From contig JAQFVV010000003.1 of the NCBI GenBank assembly GCA_028023455.1, positions 2,914,001-2,978,000 of the forward strand: a stretch of DNA of 64,000 bases, given 5' to 3'. Shown here one piece after another: positions 1 to 14,441 of the stretch. The position numbers were made by a program, and so were the translations under genes. The notes beneath the pieces were generated by a model, which saw only the letters and a program-made list of their open reading frames with translations, ran no database searches and was not told where the DNA came from. Source of the DNA: Epiperipatus broadwayi. Its lineage: Eukaryota; Animalia; Onychophora. How positions within the stretch are numbered: position 1 is the first letter of the stretch; every line of letters begins with the position of its first letter.

Positions 1-1533
1 TTTTTTTTTCTCATTAAGTCTTCTTGTTGTTAGTTCCATTTTATAGTATTTCAAAAAAATTTCCATAAAAATACTTCGCACATTATTTGAAAGAGGGTTG
101 AGGTATGAATGGACTAGCCTAAATTGTATCTAAATTTAATGTGTAAATTCAGAGCTAGGTGACTGGAGGTTCATACGATTATTGGTTAGGTACTTCATCA
201 CGTCATCCACAGCATCCTGCTAGAAGACCCTAGGAACGACTATAATGAGATGTGCCCCCCTCTTCCAGGGGATTATTACAATATATATATTTTTTAAGCT
301 ATATAAGATAGAGGTGTGAAATTTTTCCTCTAAATGATATTCCATTAAATAAAAATCATATAAAAATTTAATATTTGTTTTAAATATTTATTTTAACAAT
401 ATTTACAAAAATATAAAATTTAACATTATGTAGATAGACAAACATATAAATAGATATACTATTAAAAAAATAATATTTATTAATTGCTCAGGAAGTCATG
501 TGATACTTGAGCCCCCAAGTGGCAGATTAAGCACAAAAATATTAAATTGTTTAAATTGACTTTTTACTTTACTTAGCTGAGAATGTTTGACTTTTTAATC
601 TGCACTAAATCACTCAGGGCATTGTAAAAATTGTTGTTTAGCCTTATTACTTTTTTAATTTTATAATTCATAATTATATGACTGTTTGGTTTTGTGATAC
701 TAAATCATTTTAAGAATGTTTTATTTAATAGATATACTTGAATAAAATTTCCTTGAAGCAATTAATTATCAAGAAATCAATGTCATGATGAATTAAAATT
801 AAAGAAGTAATAAGACTAAAAAAAGCAACTAATATTTCAAACAGGAAAGTAACTGCTTTTTTAAAGTTCATTCTAAATTAGTTTTAACAAAAAAAAAGTC
901 ACTCTTTAGTTCAAAACATTAACTAAATATGTTTTCTTTTGATATTTAATGTTTTTCAATTTTCTTAACATAAGTAAATTGTTTTTATATATATACATAT
1001 ATGTTAAAAACTTATTTAAAAAGCTGATACACATTTATGAATAAAAAATGTTTTTTAAAATAAAAAAATTAATGAAAAATTGAAAATCTATCAATCTATC
1101 AAAACATTTTTTTACTTTTGTTGGGATAGGTGAAGCAATGATTTGCATGTGATTTTAATAAATATTTTTTTAAAAAAATAACAATGATAGAAATGCTATA
1201 ATGGTACTTTCCACATGAGTAATATTACATTTTATGGAAACATATAAAAAAAATTTTTCTTTTTTTTGCTAAGTTGAAAAAGCTTGTTCACAATGCCACA
1301 TAATAGGATAAAAATCTAATTCTAATACAAACCTTCCTGAAACAGGAAACTGATAAAATCCTTCACATTAAAGGAAATTAAATACAGTATATAGGAAACT
1401 CAATTAAGGCAAGATAAACATCTTTTAATAAACTTTGCTTCAAGTTTTCTGAATGTTCAAATGTCTTTTTTTAAAAGCACAATACAAATGCTCAATTAAA
1501 TAACAGTCAAGCAAGTTTCATAAATTTACTGTT

Positions 1534-1731
1534 TTATATATTTAAAAACAATTCAGCTGCAGAAGTTAGAGACTGTCTTCGAAGAGGTGGGTGAGGTTTG
1601 ATGTTAAACCTTTTCATGTAAGATAAAAATTGTTCAGGAATTTCAGCCAATACTTCTTTTGCCAATCGGGCTTGACTGATACGGCGATCATAACTTGAAA
1701 CTCCTTGTAAATAATCTCGGAAAGGAACAAA
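1534..1731 (-). CDS. CPNE8-like: Copine last coding exon: [65 protein letters not shown]
   Basis: 198 bp after a TTTTAG acceptor; FVPFRD and [13 protein letters not shown] motifs; TAA stop at 1534-1536. Confidence 0.96.
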   Translation of the reverse strand, partial: FVPFRDYLQGVSSYDRRISQARLAKEVLAEIPEQFLSYMKRFNIKPHPPLRRQSLTSAAELFLNI

Positions 1732-1834
1732 CTAAAATAAAAATAATATTTTTAAAAAATCATGTATGTATACCAAATAAAAATACAGATATAGGGTTTA
1801 AATGTTAAAAATAAAATTTTATAATTTTGGATAT

Positions 1835-2664
1835 TGTTATGTCTTAATCTTAACCTTCCCTTGAGTAAGACTAGCAATATGATTTCTAAATTACTTCTCT
1901 TCTTAGTAAAATCAATAATCCCACTGTAGATCAATTTTCTAAATTAATTTTAGTACAGAACAATATAAATCTAATAATATAGATACCCATATAGTTATAT
2001 GCTGTACATAGATTACAATACGAATACATATAAATTCAATTCCCCTCTATGCACTTCCTTAGACACTTTCCAGGAAGTATTAGTCCCTTGCTTAATCATA
2101 TACTTAAGTATTAAAGTCACTATTTACCTAATTTTCTGGCAAATGTCTTTACTTCTGTGGGCCCTTGAGGTGCATATAAATTATAATAAAATCAGGATGA
2201 TGTTTGATCCCTAGCCAGTTTGAGTACATTCAAGAGCCGAGATCCTGAGTTTGGAAACAAATCCCCATTGTTTTTTCCACTGCTTCACATCGGTGTGCAA
2301 TCCAGTTGCACGAACATGAGGGAGAAAGAAAAGATGTTGCATTCTTTTTGCCTCCTGCTTAAATAATTTTCTCTTTTGTTTTATGGAGTAATCTATCTGT
2401 TTTATCTATCTGGGTGGAAGGTTTTTTTATTAGCTATTAATATTTTTTTAAAACATTAGTTCCTTCTAGAATTCAATTGTTAATTAATTATTGTTAATTG
2501 AATTCCTACGTAATCAGATTTTACTTGTTAGTTCTTTCTCATTATTTAATTGATGTTTTAATTTATTTCCACTTTATAATGTAATAGTTTTACACAAAGT
2601 TTTAGTAGATGCAAATTTTGGTATTATTCATTATCTATATTAATGTTAATCAATAGATATTCCA
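1835..2664 (-). repeat. 3' LTR of gypsy element
   Basis: Aligns end to end with 6547-7368 (7 and 10 differences in the first two 60-nt blocks). PPT AATAAGGGGAGGAT (minus strand, ~2665-2678) directly abuts it. Confidence 0.92.
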
Positions 2665-5600
2665 ATCCTCCCCTTATTCCAAAAATTCTTCTATTTATAC
2701 ATAATCCTATAATTTTTTTGATTAACATGGAGTCTGGGTGACCTTGGTCTTTCTTTGGGTTCCATCTTCATTTTTGTTTCAGCTTCACTTTGAACTTGGG
2801 GTTGTAGATTCTCATTTTTCAGTCTCCAGATTTATCTGTTCCTTTTCTTGTTTTCCAATCTATTTTGCTGATTCTTCACTATCTGGTATTATTATTGCCA
2901 GATACAGCACCTGTAGTTCAGCAAGGAACATGGTTTAAATGTCTCTTGTATTCTTTACCATTTTTATTTTGAATGATTACTATTAGTTTGGGTGGCCTTC
3001 CCATAACTGTACCCTCAATCCATTTCTTTTGCAGTGTATCTGCATTTCTTCACTAATATGGAATGTTTTTTTTATGCACTTATGATGGAAATGCTCATTC
3101 TTCTTTGTTATTAGCATATGTAGTTTAATGCACAACTTTTGGCACATCACAACTCCACTGGTGATTTATCTGTAGTTGTTGACATCATTGAATGTTGATG
3201 CAGCATTACCTCATATAAAACTTCTTGCATGTTGCTACTCAAAAATTTTCTTATTGCTTTTTTTAATTGTTTTGGATGACCTTCTTAGTGAAGCCATTCG
3301 ATTCTGGGTGGTAGGGGGTGCATATATTTACCTGATTCCAATGTTTTTAAAAATATTCTTCCATCCCTTCTGCAGTGCCATTATCAGTGACCATTATTTC
3401 TGGTAATCTGTGGCATGAGAAAATCACTTTTAGGATTTTTATTGTTTTATTAGCACTTGTATTTTTGACAATGTGGTACTATTTTGAATATGAATCTGCA
3501 AGTACTAGTAGTATTTTGTCATTAATAGGAACTGCATGGTCCATGTTTGTTTTAAGCCAGGGTATATATTCTGTTGGTTTCATGTTACTGTGATTGACAA
3601 GCTGAACATTTTTAAAATGTAACTCTCTATATCTATTGTGGTCACCAGATATAGCTACGTTAAGGCTTTTGCATGCGCTACCCCTGTGTGACCTTTGTGT
3701 AACAATTTTAATTTTTATTTCTTCCTTATGATGATATAAATACCCTGTTTCCCATTAATAAATACTCTTTACTAAATGTAGGAGTTGTAATTTTATTGAA
3801 CCCACAAGAAGTGTATGCAAATACTTTAAGATAGGCTAAAACCTGTATCAAATGTGCCTTGAAATATTTATAAATAGTCAAGCAAATATCATTTTGCCAA
3901 TAGAGGGACCTCACACAAACCATGATACAAGATAGCAACTTTTATAAAGATAAGAGCTGCCACTTTATCTTTAACCTAAATTTCTACTTATATAGGCCAA
4001 TCTGAAGCATAATAAATTATTTCTATTAATCCAAAAAGCCATGCTACACATTGTGCTTTCTTTGTTGGCCAGCTATTCTTAATCCAGCTCTTTAGTAGCT
4101 GGTATCCTTTATCTTCCCTCATCCATTTTTCCACTGCATTCATATGATGCCAGTATATTTCTCCATCTAAGCATCCTAGGACTCAAATCATCGGGAGCTA
4201 ATCTATCACTTGCCAATATTGGCTTATAATCTGTTATTATTTGAAACAATCTGCCATATATATATTGGTGAAATTTTTTAGCCCAAATATTATTGTCAAA
4301 GTTTTTTTATCTATCTGGCTGCAGTTTTTCTTGGCTTTGGAGAGGGTTCTGAATGCAAAGGCAATGAGACATTCTCCATTATAGCATGGATAGCATAAAT
4401 TACCCCCACCCCCCATTATGAGGCATCTGTGGTTAAAGTTACTTATTGATTATTGTCAAAATGAACCAATAATTTTTCTAATGACAATGTAGGTCTTTTG
4501 TGTATCTAAAAGTGTCATCATGGGTTTTTAACCACTGCTACTTTTGATTCTTTTTCAGTAACTTGAAAAGGGGTTTTGCTACTTTTGATTTACTGGGTAG
4601 GAACAGTTTGAAGTAGTTAATTAGGACTAAAAATGCCTACAATGCTTTAACATTCTTGGCTTACATTCCCTTTTCCAGAGATTATGTGTCCTAGAAAACC
4701 CAATTCTTTAGTGTTCCATACACTTTTTTGGATATTTAGTTTTACTCTGAAATTATTAATTTTGGCATACTTTAATTAATTTTTGACAAAAACTCTTCCG
4801 AGTCCACTGTTACTAATATATCCTCAAAATATGGTATGACACCCTCAAATCCCTAAAATAGTGTATCAATTTTTGCCTGAAATATATTTGGGGCTGTTGA
4901 TATGTCAAATAGCAATCTATTGCACTTAAATAACCCAAAAGGTGTGGGGGTCATTAAAATTTTGATAGTTTTCTCTGTCACTAGGATCTGGTGAAAGACT
5001 GAATTTAATCAAGTTTTGCAAAATATGATGCTTAATACCTCTCTTACATTAGACATGGGTATGCTCCCTTATTTAAAAACTTGTTCATTGATATTCTATA
5101 GTCACTGCATATATGCATGTTTCCATTAGATTTTGTAACTACAATTATAGGTCTAGCCCAACCAGACATTTCTATCACTAACAGTATGTCTTTATTGACT
5201 AATGACTGATTTTTTTTTCTACTTTTTTTGTCCTTTGAGCGAGTGGTATTATTCACAGTTTGCAAATTGTGGGGTGTGCATTGGCACCTAACTCAACTTC
5301 TGTCAGGCTTGTAGCTATCATACCTAACTCATTGGTAAATAGGTCTGGGTATTTATTTTTAACTTTCTCTTTTGAAGGAAATTTTTTTTATTACCCTAAC
5401 TTGAATTCCAATTGCCTATTATAGGGCTGAATCTCCTTTGTATAATGTATAGCAGCAATCTAATTATTTTATCACAGTATCTAACCAGTGTCTATATTTG
5501 CACCAGTAAGTCTAATGCATTGCCACTTACATCATGAGCTTTTGAGGTTTTCAAGCTTTAACTAGTGTCCACTGCTGATAGTGCTTTCCAGTCTATGTCT

Positions 5601-6527
5601 AATATAGATATTCCTGAGCCACTATCTATTTCCATTTTTACATTTACTCTGCAAATTTCCAATTCGATCATAAATTATTCCCTGCTCCTCCATATCCATA
5701 TTTTTAACAGTATATTTATTATTTTTACCTCCCCTATTCTTTGGCTCACATTTTATCTTGGTTTAACTCCTTATCAGGTTTTCTACACATGTGTGTGATG
5801 TGTCCCTTAAAACCACATTTAAAACATTTCTCTCCACCTGCATTCTTTTGCTTTATGATCGTTTTTACCACAGCAGTACGATGCCATTTTCATTTCCTTT
5901 TACATTTTCTCTCATTTTTATAAATCTGCATATTTAGAATATCTTAAGTTTTATTTTTAAAAGCTTGAGCTTGCTCATTTATTAACTCTAAGATATGCCT
6001 TTTTGAATAGCATTCTGGTATTTTAGATCAGTATCAATTAACAGTTGTTCTTTCAATCTATCATTATACATACTCCAGAGTAATTTGATCAAGGAGTAAT
6101 TCTATTATATAATTCCATACCCACAATCTTTAGCTAGCCCTCTAAAGGCTGAATTATAATCTTTTATTGATTTCCCTTTAAACTGTTTCCTATTACTCAG
6201 TTTTAAATGAGATATGTAATGGGATGGTCGAGGACTAAAATATTCTGTTAGTTTCTTAACTATGTCTTCATATTCTATACTATCATTGGTTTGGAGGGGG
6301 GTCATAAAACTTACTAACAATTTTTATAACTTTTTTCCCTGAGAAAGGCAAAAGTACTACAATTTTTCTTTTATTGTCTTGAATAATGTTCAAGGTAGAA
6401 AAGTTTTTTGAGTTACATGCAGTGACAATTCTGCAGCATTCCCCACATCAACCTCACGTATGACTGTTTGTTGAAACAACATTTACATTGTTTACTATCA
6501 CTATTCTTCCCTAAGCTATGTTTGAAA

Positions 6528-6541
6528 TAGTGACTGCACCA
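6528..6541 (-). promoter_or_regulatory. Primer-binding site, tRNA-Ser-like
   Basis: TGGTGCAGTCACTA, 5 nt inside the 5' LTR, resembles the tRNA-Ser-type PBS TGGCGCAGTCGGTA with mostly CpG-type changes. Confidence 0.6.
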
Positions 6542-6546
6542 GGTTT

Positions 6547-7368
6547 TGCCATGTCTTAATCTTAACCTTCCTTTGAGTAAGACTTGCAATATAATTTCCA
6601 AATTATTTCCCTTCTCAATAAAGTATATAACCCCACTGCAGATCAATTTTCTAAACTAATTTTAATACAGAACAATATAAATCTAGTAATATAGATACAC
6701 CTATAGTTATATGCTATACATAGATTACAATATGAATATATATAAATTCTATCTCTCTCTACGTACTTCCTTAGACCCTTTTTGGGAAGTATTAATCTCT
6801 TGTTTAATCATACACTTAATACTTAATAAATGTCACTACTTATCTAATTTTCTGGCAAATATCTTTATTTCTGTGGGCACTTGAGGTGCATATAAATTAT
6901 AATAAAATCAGGGCAATCTGTTTGATCTCTAGTCAGATTGAGTATCATCAGGAGCCAAGATTCCGGGTCTGAAAACAAATCCCATTGGTGTGCAATCCAG
7001 TTGCTCAAACACATGAGGGAGGGAGAAAAAGAGGGTGCTTTCTTTTTTCCCCAGCTTAAATAGTTTTCTTTTCTCTTTTGTTTTCTGGAGTAATCTATCT
7101 GTTTTATCTTTATCAAAATAGAAGGTTTTTTTTTATTAGCTATTAAGATTTTTTAAAAACATTGGATGTTTCTAGAATTCAATTGTTAGTTAATGATTGC
7201 TAATTGAATTCCTATGTAATCAGATTTTACTTTTTAGTTCTTTCTCATTATTTAATTGATGTTTTATTTCCACTTTATTGTGTAACTAGTTTTCCACAAT
7301 AGTTTTAGTAAATGTGAATTTAAGTGTTAATTTAATGTACATTTTAATGTTAATCAATAAATATTCCA
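6547..7368 (-). repeat. 5' LTR of gypsy element
   Basis: Partner of 1835-2664; followed on the minus strand by a PBS-like TGGTGCAGTCACTA. Confidence 0.92.
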
Positions 7369-7773
7369 GATATATATTATCCTAATATGATTGGAAAGAT
7401 ATAACTAAAAATTTACAATTTTTAATATAGATAATTCTGCACAAGCAAGTAAATCTTTAATGAAGTCTCCTTTTTTTATTCATACTCTTTTACATTAGCT
7501 AACTACATTACTTGTGGCATATTTCAATATATAATTAAATGAGTAATAATTTTATAGTAAACTTAAAATTTACAATTTTTTAACCCATGTCACTAATAAA
7601 GGCAATTTAAAAAAAAAAAAACATTTAATAAATATTTGTGCGCGTGTGTGTGAATTGTGACATTATAAATATTTTTATAGCATTAATGTACATAAATTAA
7701 ATTGAACCTTCTTGTTTATAAATAAACAATAAAATCTAAAACTTCTATAAAGATTTTTTTTATATGAAATTTT

Positions 7774-9154
7774 GGTTGTTTTACAATAGCGTGTTGAAAC
7801 CGTCGGAGGGCGGGCTTTGTTTGTAAACAAAGATAAATATAATATTTATGGCGCTGCCGCCGGGTTTGTTTATTATCACATTTCAAAGTCAAGTTAATAT
7901 CAAATACATTTTTTTGAACATGCAACAACAAAAACAAAAAAAAAATATGCACAAATCAAAAAATTGAATTTAAAAAAAAGTACTTCATTTTTTTGTTGTT
8001 GTTATTCTTTTCATTAATTATATTTTTTGGGGGCTGGGAATTCTTTTTATATATATATATGTTTTCGATTTTGTTGATCACATTTAACCAAATCTACTAT
8101 CTATCAAATAACAATTTTTGGAATGAAAACAACAACAACAAAAAAGGGTACATCGATCGAAATGAATTTTAAAAAGTAGTTCCTTCCTTTTTATTCTTCT
8201 CATTACTTACATTTTTTTTTTGTTTTTAAGATGGCGGTCGGTGGGTATTCTATGACAAAATCAGCTTCTTTTCTTTTTGATATTTTTGTTGTTTTATAAT
8301 AAATTACAAATACCAAATCGATTTCCATTTAACGGTAGCAAACATTTCCAACCGAAAGGTCGAACTTTGGGAACAAGGGGGGTGGGGGTAGGTGTTTGCA
8401 ATTGCTAAGTGAACATAACGCTCTGACTCGAAGGTTGACCAACTTTTTTTTACCCGTATTACCAAAAACCACATCAATATATTTACGGCAATTCAAAATA
8501 ACTTTTAGGCTGTTCAGGAACAGCACGCATGCAGCTTCAAAGCCATCTTTTGTTTGATAAGCCAGTTCCAGCAGCTAGCAGTCAGAGAATCTGTGACATT
8601 CGGAGGAGCAAGTTTTCCGATTTCAGCCATTCGATGAAGCTCGTCGTTGTTCTCGCAGAAACGGGAATTAGAGCATGATTTCATTCCAAATCGTGCTTGT
8701 ACCTACACTTGCCGAATTTTTTGAGCAGGAAATGGGGGCTAGACAAGCATGAGACTCTGCTGATAATTGTTAGTAGACATTTCTAAAAGATGGCAGATAG
8801 AGGGGGAGGTGGTCATAATGAATATTAAAATAGTTTTGACACTCGGAATTCCAGACACCCTCACCCGATACTGTAGCCAAAAGTGAAATGTGATCACACA
8901 TCAAAAATGCTTAGCACAAATCTGAGCTGTAAGCTGACACGATAGCTTCTGCGGCAGATTCGATGTCATGTTTCAGAGCATTAGCATAGAAATAGACACT
9001 TACCAGCCACCCCGTACCGACGGACTATTTCTAGGCTTACGCATTAGAAATAGAATGTTCGCTAGCGGTGGTAGGCTACCTAAACGGCATATTTCTGTGC
9101 GCTATCACAGAAATAACGCCCTCCGGCGGTTTCAACACACTATTGTAAAACAAA
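7774..9154. mobile_element. Non-autonomous DNA transposon with ~45-bp TIRs and 9-bp TSD (Mutator-like, or Merlin)
   Basis: TIR (G)GTTGTTTTACAATAGCGTGTTGAAACCGTCGGAGGGCG versus CGCCCTCCGGCGGTTTCAACACACTATTGTAAAACAAA; TSD TGAAATTTT at 7765-73 and 9155-63; interior is CpG-rich. Confidence 0.82.
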
Positions 9155-12100
9155 TGAAATTTTAATTGTTGTTTAAACAAGCCATTAAATGTAACTCATA
9201 TCAAGGAGAAATGAATAAAATTATTTAGAAAATCAAAAGAATACTTTATTATAACCACAAAAAAAAGTGATATGAATAAAGAATGTCCAAACAATTACAA
9301 TATTTTTGGTAAAAGCCTTTTATTAAAAAGATAAATATGCTACAATTAAATTTTTTAATAATGGTAATAAAAAAATAATTCTTACTAATCTTTAATGCAA
9401 TTTAAGTAAAATAAAAAATGATATATTTAAAATTGAAAAAAAAAATCCTGAATCATATTAAAAGTTATATTATAAATAATAAAGTAATGTAAATAATTTT
9501 TAATGTTAATAAGAAGTAGATATATGAAAAATAGCTTATCAGAATCTGTTCATTTTAAAGAAAATATCAGGTTATTGGAAGAAAAAAAAATTGGAGAAAA
9601 TTATGTATACTCAACTATGTTATGAGTAAGAGGTTTATAATGAGGGAATCTTCACAAAAAGAAGGAATGTGACAAAAAAAAAACCATGCTTATCAAATTT
9701 GTGATTGAACTAGTGAAGATCAACATCAAAAATGGAATAGAAAAGCTTGAAAGATCATGTTGAAGTTAAAACTCAGATTTTATTAATGCTCTGACCTGTT
9801 TAATATGTGTAGCAGAATGCACTAGAATGAGAGACCAAAACTTTTTCTATGCAATATTTTGGCCAATCTGAGTAAAAAGTCAATTAACTTGGTGATGATA
9901 TAAGAAAATGGTATATCTCTATGAACTCCTAGATGAGTTTGTAGATATCCTTTTTCTATGTTAGCATGGGATCATGAAAAAAATAGCTGACCTCTAAAAT
10001 CTTTAAATGCTGATGGTTTAGTAAAATCAATATTATTTAAAATTGTAGAACCCCAAAAGGAAAAAAACAACTGGAATAAAATTTACAAAACCATGAAGAG
10101 AAATTGTGCTTACGGGAGACTGCATTTTGCAAGATGTATGCAAAATATTCAGTTGCAATTTATGGATCTTTGAATGAAACTGTTCAAATACTTTATATAT
10201 AAAGATCTTTTAAATATATATATATATAAAATTGTTTGGCTAAAATATTTTTGTCATGATATTTTACAAATAATGACTAATATCAATTTTCAGCAAAATA
10301 ATATATGTGTTTAACAGGGTTTTTTTAAAATGTACATTAATATGTACATTCTGAAAGATTTGAATGCAAATCAAATATATATATATTTCTCCTTTTTCTC
10401 TTATGCACTTTCAAATTTTGTTTCTATTTGTTAGCCATGATTCTCCTCATGATAGTATGTTTTGTGTGTGTATATATATATGCTAATTTCATTCTTTTTA
10501 AAATATTTTCAGTATTTTAGTTATTTAGAAAGTAATTTTTAGAAATAAGTATACAAAAATTAATTTATTTTGACAAATACTCTAATCAAATTGAAGGTGA
10601 TATATATGAAAAATTACCTTTAGGGAATGGGTTTTGTTATGTTTAAAAGACAGGGAAAAAGTTAAATTTTCTTTTATATACATATTGACTTGGAATTATA
10701 CTAAATCTTTAGGTATCAGCTACAGTTTCCATTGTATATGTAATAAAAAATGTAATTCTATTACTTATATTATTTAAGTTTTCTTAAAAGAATGCACTGA
10801 ATTCTAAATAAACAAGCAATTAAAATTGTTGCTTCCATAAAAGATGAATTTATCTTTCCCAATATCTAATTTGTCTGGGTAAATTAACTTTAATGCTGTA
10901 ATTTGACACTATGAATATAAGCAATAACTATGTGAGAAAAGCTATGCAGTACATAACATTATTTTGAAGAGTTTTTCATCTTAAAAGGTTTTTTTTTTAT
11001 TAAAGTATTGACAATAATAAATTTATTATTTTTGGTCTTTATCACACCCATTAGGACAATTAAGAAATCTCAATGAAATACCAGCAGACATTCAGTTCAA
11101 TAACAGATATAGTTAGCCACCCAAAAATGTCATCAATATATTAAAAATTATTCTTTATTCTAGAAAGAGGATATATAATATGTGAATTTTTTTTTTTTTA
11201 AAGTTTTATAAGAAAATTAAAAAAAAATATCAATATTGAGCAACTTATATTTTATTGAACTATTTTATATTATAAAAATACACTCGTATATAACTTTTCT
11301 ACATTAGCTTAACATTTATGTAAGAAAAAATAATGTAACTTTCCATACTTTAGAAAGCAAATTAACATTAATTATTGAAATAATATGCTTATAACATATA
11401 TAGATGGGGCACATATATGCTAAATGTATATGTATGACCATTTATATATTGTTAGAATATTGGCCTTTAGATTTAGTAAAAACTAATAATTGGAATATTT
11501 TGTATTACCAGATATATTTCTACTTAAGATGACTTATAATTTATATATATGTAGTTTATGATTTTAAAAATGTTACAAGCATTGTTTATTATTAATTTAA
11601 GACAATAATTAATATCTATGTGTTAGTCAATTATGTAATTTGTTTATATTATTGGAAAGTCGCAGACTTTTACGTTATTATTATTATTATTATTACTAAT
11701 TGATTAATACATTTATTAACTATTATTTTAAATTATTACAGTAAATTCATTTAATATTTAAATCAGTATTTGTATCTTCACTCCTGTTCATATAGATGTA
11801 AACTCTCTTCTGTAATCCAAAGTATTAGTTCTGGATAAAATAGAATTTGGGATATGTACATGGACATCTATAAAAAAAAAATTTAGATGGTGCAAAAGAG
11901 ATGAGGATCACTTTTAAAGTCCACACATTTTGTTTCATTTATGTTTAATTATTATTATTATTATTAATCATGATTCCAAACACTAATGGTTTCTATAAGT
12001 CTGAGCACTGATGATAAACAACATTGATTTGCTTTGTGTTATTTTTCTTATTTATGTATGTGCATGCAACAAAAACAAATATTGATGCTTGTTCTTTTAT

Positions 12101-13283
12101 ATCCAGTCTTAAAAGATAATATGGATGATTACTTATTTCTGGTACTATATTTATTATTTATATTTGTTCTGATAATGATATACTGATGAGTTTTTCTTCT
12201 CTTATTGTATTCAATTAAAAATTGTTGCATATTTATATGCACTCTATATACTCTCAGACCATTACAATATATACAAAATAAATTATTGTATTTTGAAATA
12301 TATGTAAATAAATCTGGAGAGATGAAAGCTGTAGTAACAGTATATGAGATATTTATTTGATCACCATCCACATAAAAAAAAATCACTTCATAGCACTAAA
12401 TATTCATGCTTTAACATCAAAACCAATCAATTTGCCATTATTAATATATGACAAGAGATAATTTTATTTACGCCACGCTAGGCAAATAATGATGGAATAT
12501 TTCTGTAGTGAATACAAACTGCAGAATGATTTGTAATTTTTCTCACTTAGTACGGTGATTGCATAATGAACATTTCTTGCATATTTCTATTCCTAAATTT
12601 ATTTAAACATAGTTTTAAATATATTTTTATAAAGTGAGAAGCTTTAATTTTTTAAAGTCATTAATGAAAAATAATTAAAAATCTGATCTCTAAAAATGTA
12701 TATTTGAAATAAGTATTATTAATAATGTTAGTATCTAAACTACAAAAATTGTATCTTAAATATTATATAATTGTATGAGATGAATAAAATTGGAAGATAA
12801 GCCAAACTCATAGTTAATACAAATTTTATTCCTTTCTTAATTTTAAAATAAAAGCTTCCAAAATGTTTGAATAGAAAGGTTTTTAATAATGCATTTTACC
12901 TATGCTTATTTAGTAAACCAAATCTTAAGCATTTAATGAAGTAATTGCACAGGTTACAAGTTACTTAGCAAAATAAATTATAATTAACAACAAGGTATGA
13001 AAAGCAAATTATAGCTGTGAGAAAACAAGTATCACTGAAATTATTGAGAACATTAAAATAATGAAATGGATGGTGGAAGGACAGATTATGATAAAAAACA
13101 ACAACAACAACAACAAAACACAAGTCCTAAACTGAATCCCAAGATTTATAAAGTGATATAAAAATGAGATTATGTGTAATACTGGGCGACTAACATCAGA
13201 AAAGTTTTTAAAGTAATATAGAGATGAAAATATTTAAATTACAAATGTAGAAATAAATTCAATGAGACCATCATTCTTTAGAT

Positions 13284-14441
13284 CAGGGGTGGGGAAACTT
13301 TTCTCTGCCAAGGGCCATTTGGATATTTATATCATTCACAGGTCATACAAAATTATCAACTTATTTTAGCCCGCTATATTTGATCAAAAATTTAATTAAT
13401 TTATTTATAATCATAAGGCATGGGTAACCTTTTCAATTTGCAGGCCAATTTCAATTTCCCTATTCAAATGAGAGCCATAATTTTTTTATGAATTAAAAAT
13501 AATGTAAGATCATTACTATTAATAACTGTTCCATATTTAATTACAAATTTTTATTTCACCGTGTAACTATTTTCTACATATTTATAATCTCAAATTTTTA
13601 TACATATATTAGGTAAATTAATTGTACACAGCTAATATACAGTCTTTTATAAATTCCCCAACAGAAAATGATTTCAAATTTTCTGCTTTTTGCCTTAAAT
13701 TCGATATTCAAGAATTTAAAGGGATGAGTTCAAAAACATAACTTGTTTTTACAGAATTGTCTGATTTGTTTGTACTTTTTATAAAACATGTCATTCACTT
13801 GATGAAACACTTTTCAAATTTTCTATTATAAAATGTTTTTCTTCCTCATCACTATTGTTGTAATGAGAATGTTTTGATAAATAATGCCTCTTAATATTGT
13901 CTTCCTTATTAATTGAAATACTTTCCACACATATCAGGCATATTAATTTACTGTTTCTATAAAAAAATATGTTGGTCCATTGCACTTGAAATGCACAATC
14001 TTCTTTGACAATTATTCTTATCTTACTTAGTGTAGCCATATGAATAAAAGATTAATGCAAAATAATAATAATAATAATAAAATAAAGTAGAATTCAAGTT
14101 TTATTTTTGCTAGTATTGGTTCATTTATAAAATCACTAAAAAACAAACAAAATGCCCTTAGCATCATAGATTAAATCCATAGTCAGATAGACTATACAAT
14201 ATAATTTGTTGGAATATTGCACCTCTGATAGACTGAACTAGAACTATTATAAAGAATGAAGAGAAAAAGGATGTAGTTAAGAAAATAAATATTTTATTTA
14301 ACTTTTCTTAATTCAATATTTATACTATAGGCATGTTTAAATAGAAGTTTTATACAGGGCCATTTTATACATTTTTAAAAATGTTTGAGGGCTGGATTGA
14401 GGGCTTGATTTAGTTCTGGAGCCTGAGGTTCCCCATCCCTG
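13284..14441 (-). mobile_element. hAT (Charlie-type) internally deleted transposon
   Basis: TIRs CAGGGGTGGGGAAACT / AGGTTCCCCATCCCTG; TSD CTTTAGAT / CTCTAGAA (NTCTAGAN-type target). ORF 13791-14039 encodes the N-terminal zinc finger (FQVQWT..CLIC..IKRHYLSKH), followed by SFSVGEFIKDC. Confidence 0.92.

Larger units (their letters stand above)
1835..7368 (-). mobile_element. Full-length decayed Ty3/gypsy LTR retrotransposon (Mag-like) in the last copine intron
   Basis: Two ~825-bp direct repeats with TG...CA ends and a 5-bp TSD GATAT (1830-34, 7369-73). Minus-strand remnants with stops/frameshifts: gag (6105-6320, YFSPRPS..RKQ..SIKDY), protease MEIDSGSG (~5590-5640), RT (WARPIIVVTKSNG..ICSDY; YFED), integrase HHCC and core (LVLADSYSK, PEIMVTDNG, PYHPESNG, ~3200-3700). 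Confidence 0.93.
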
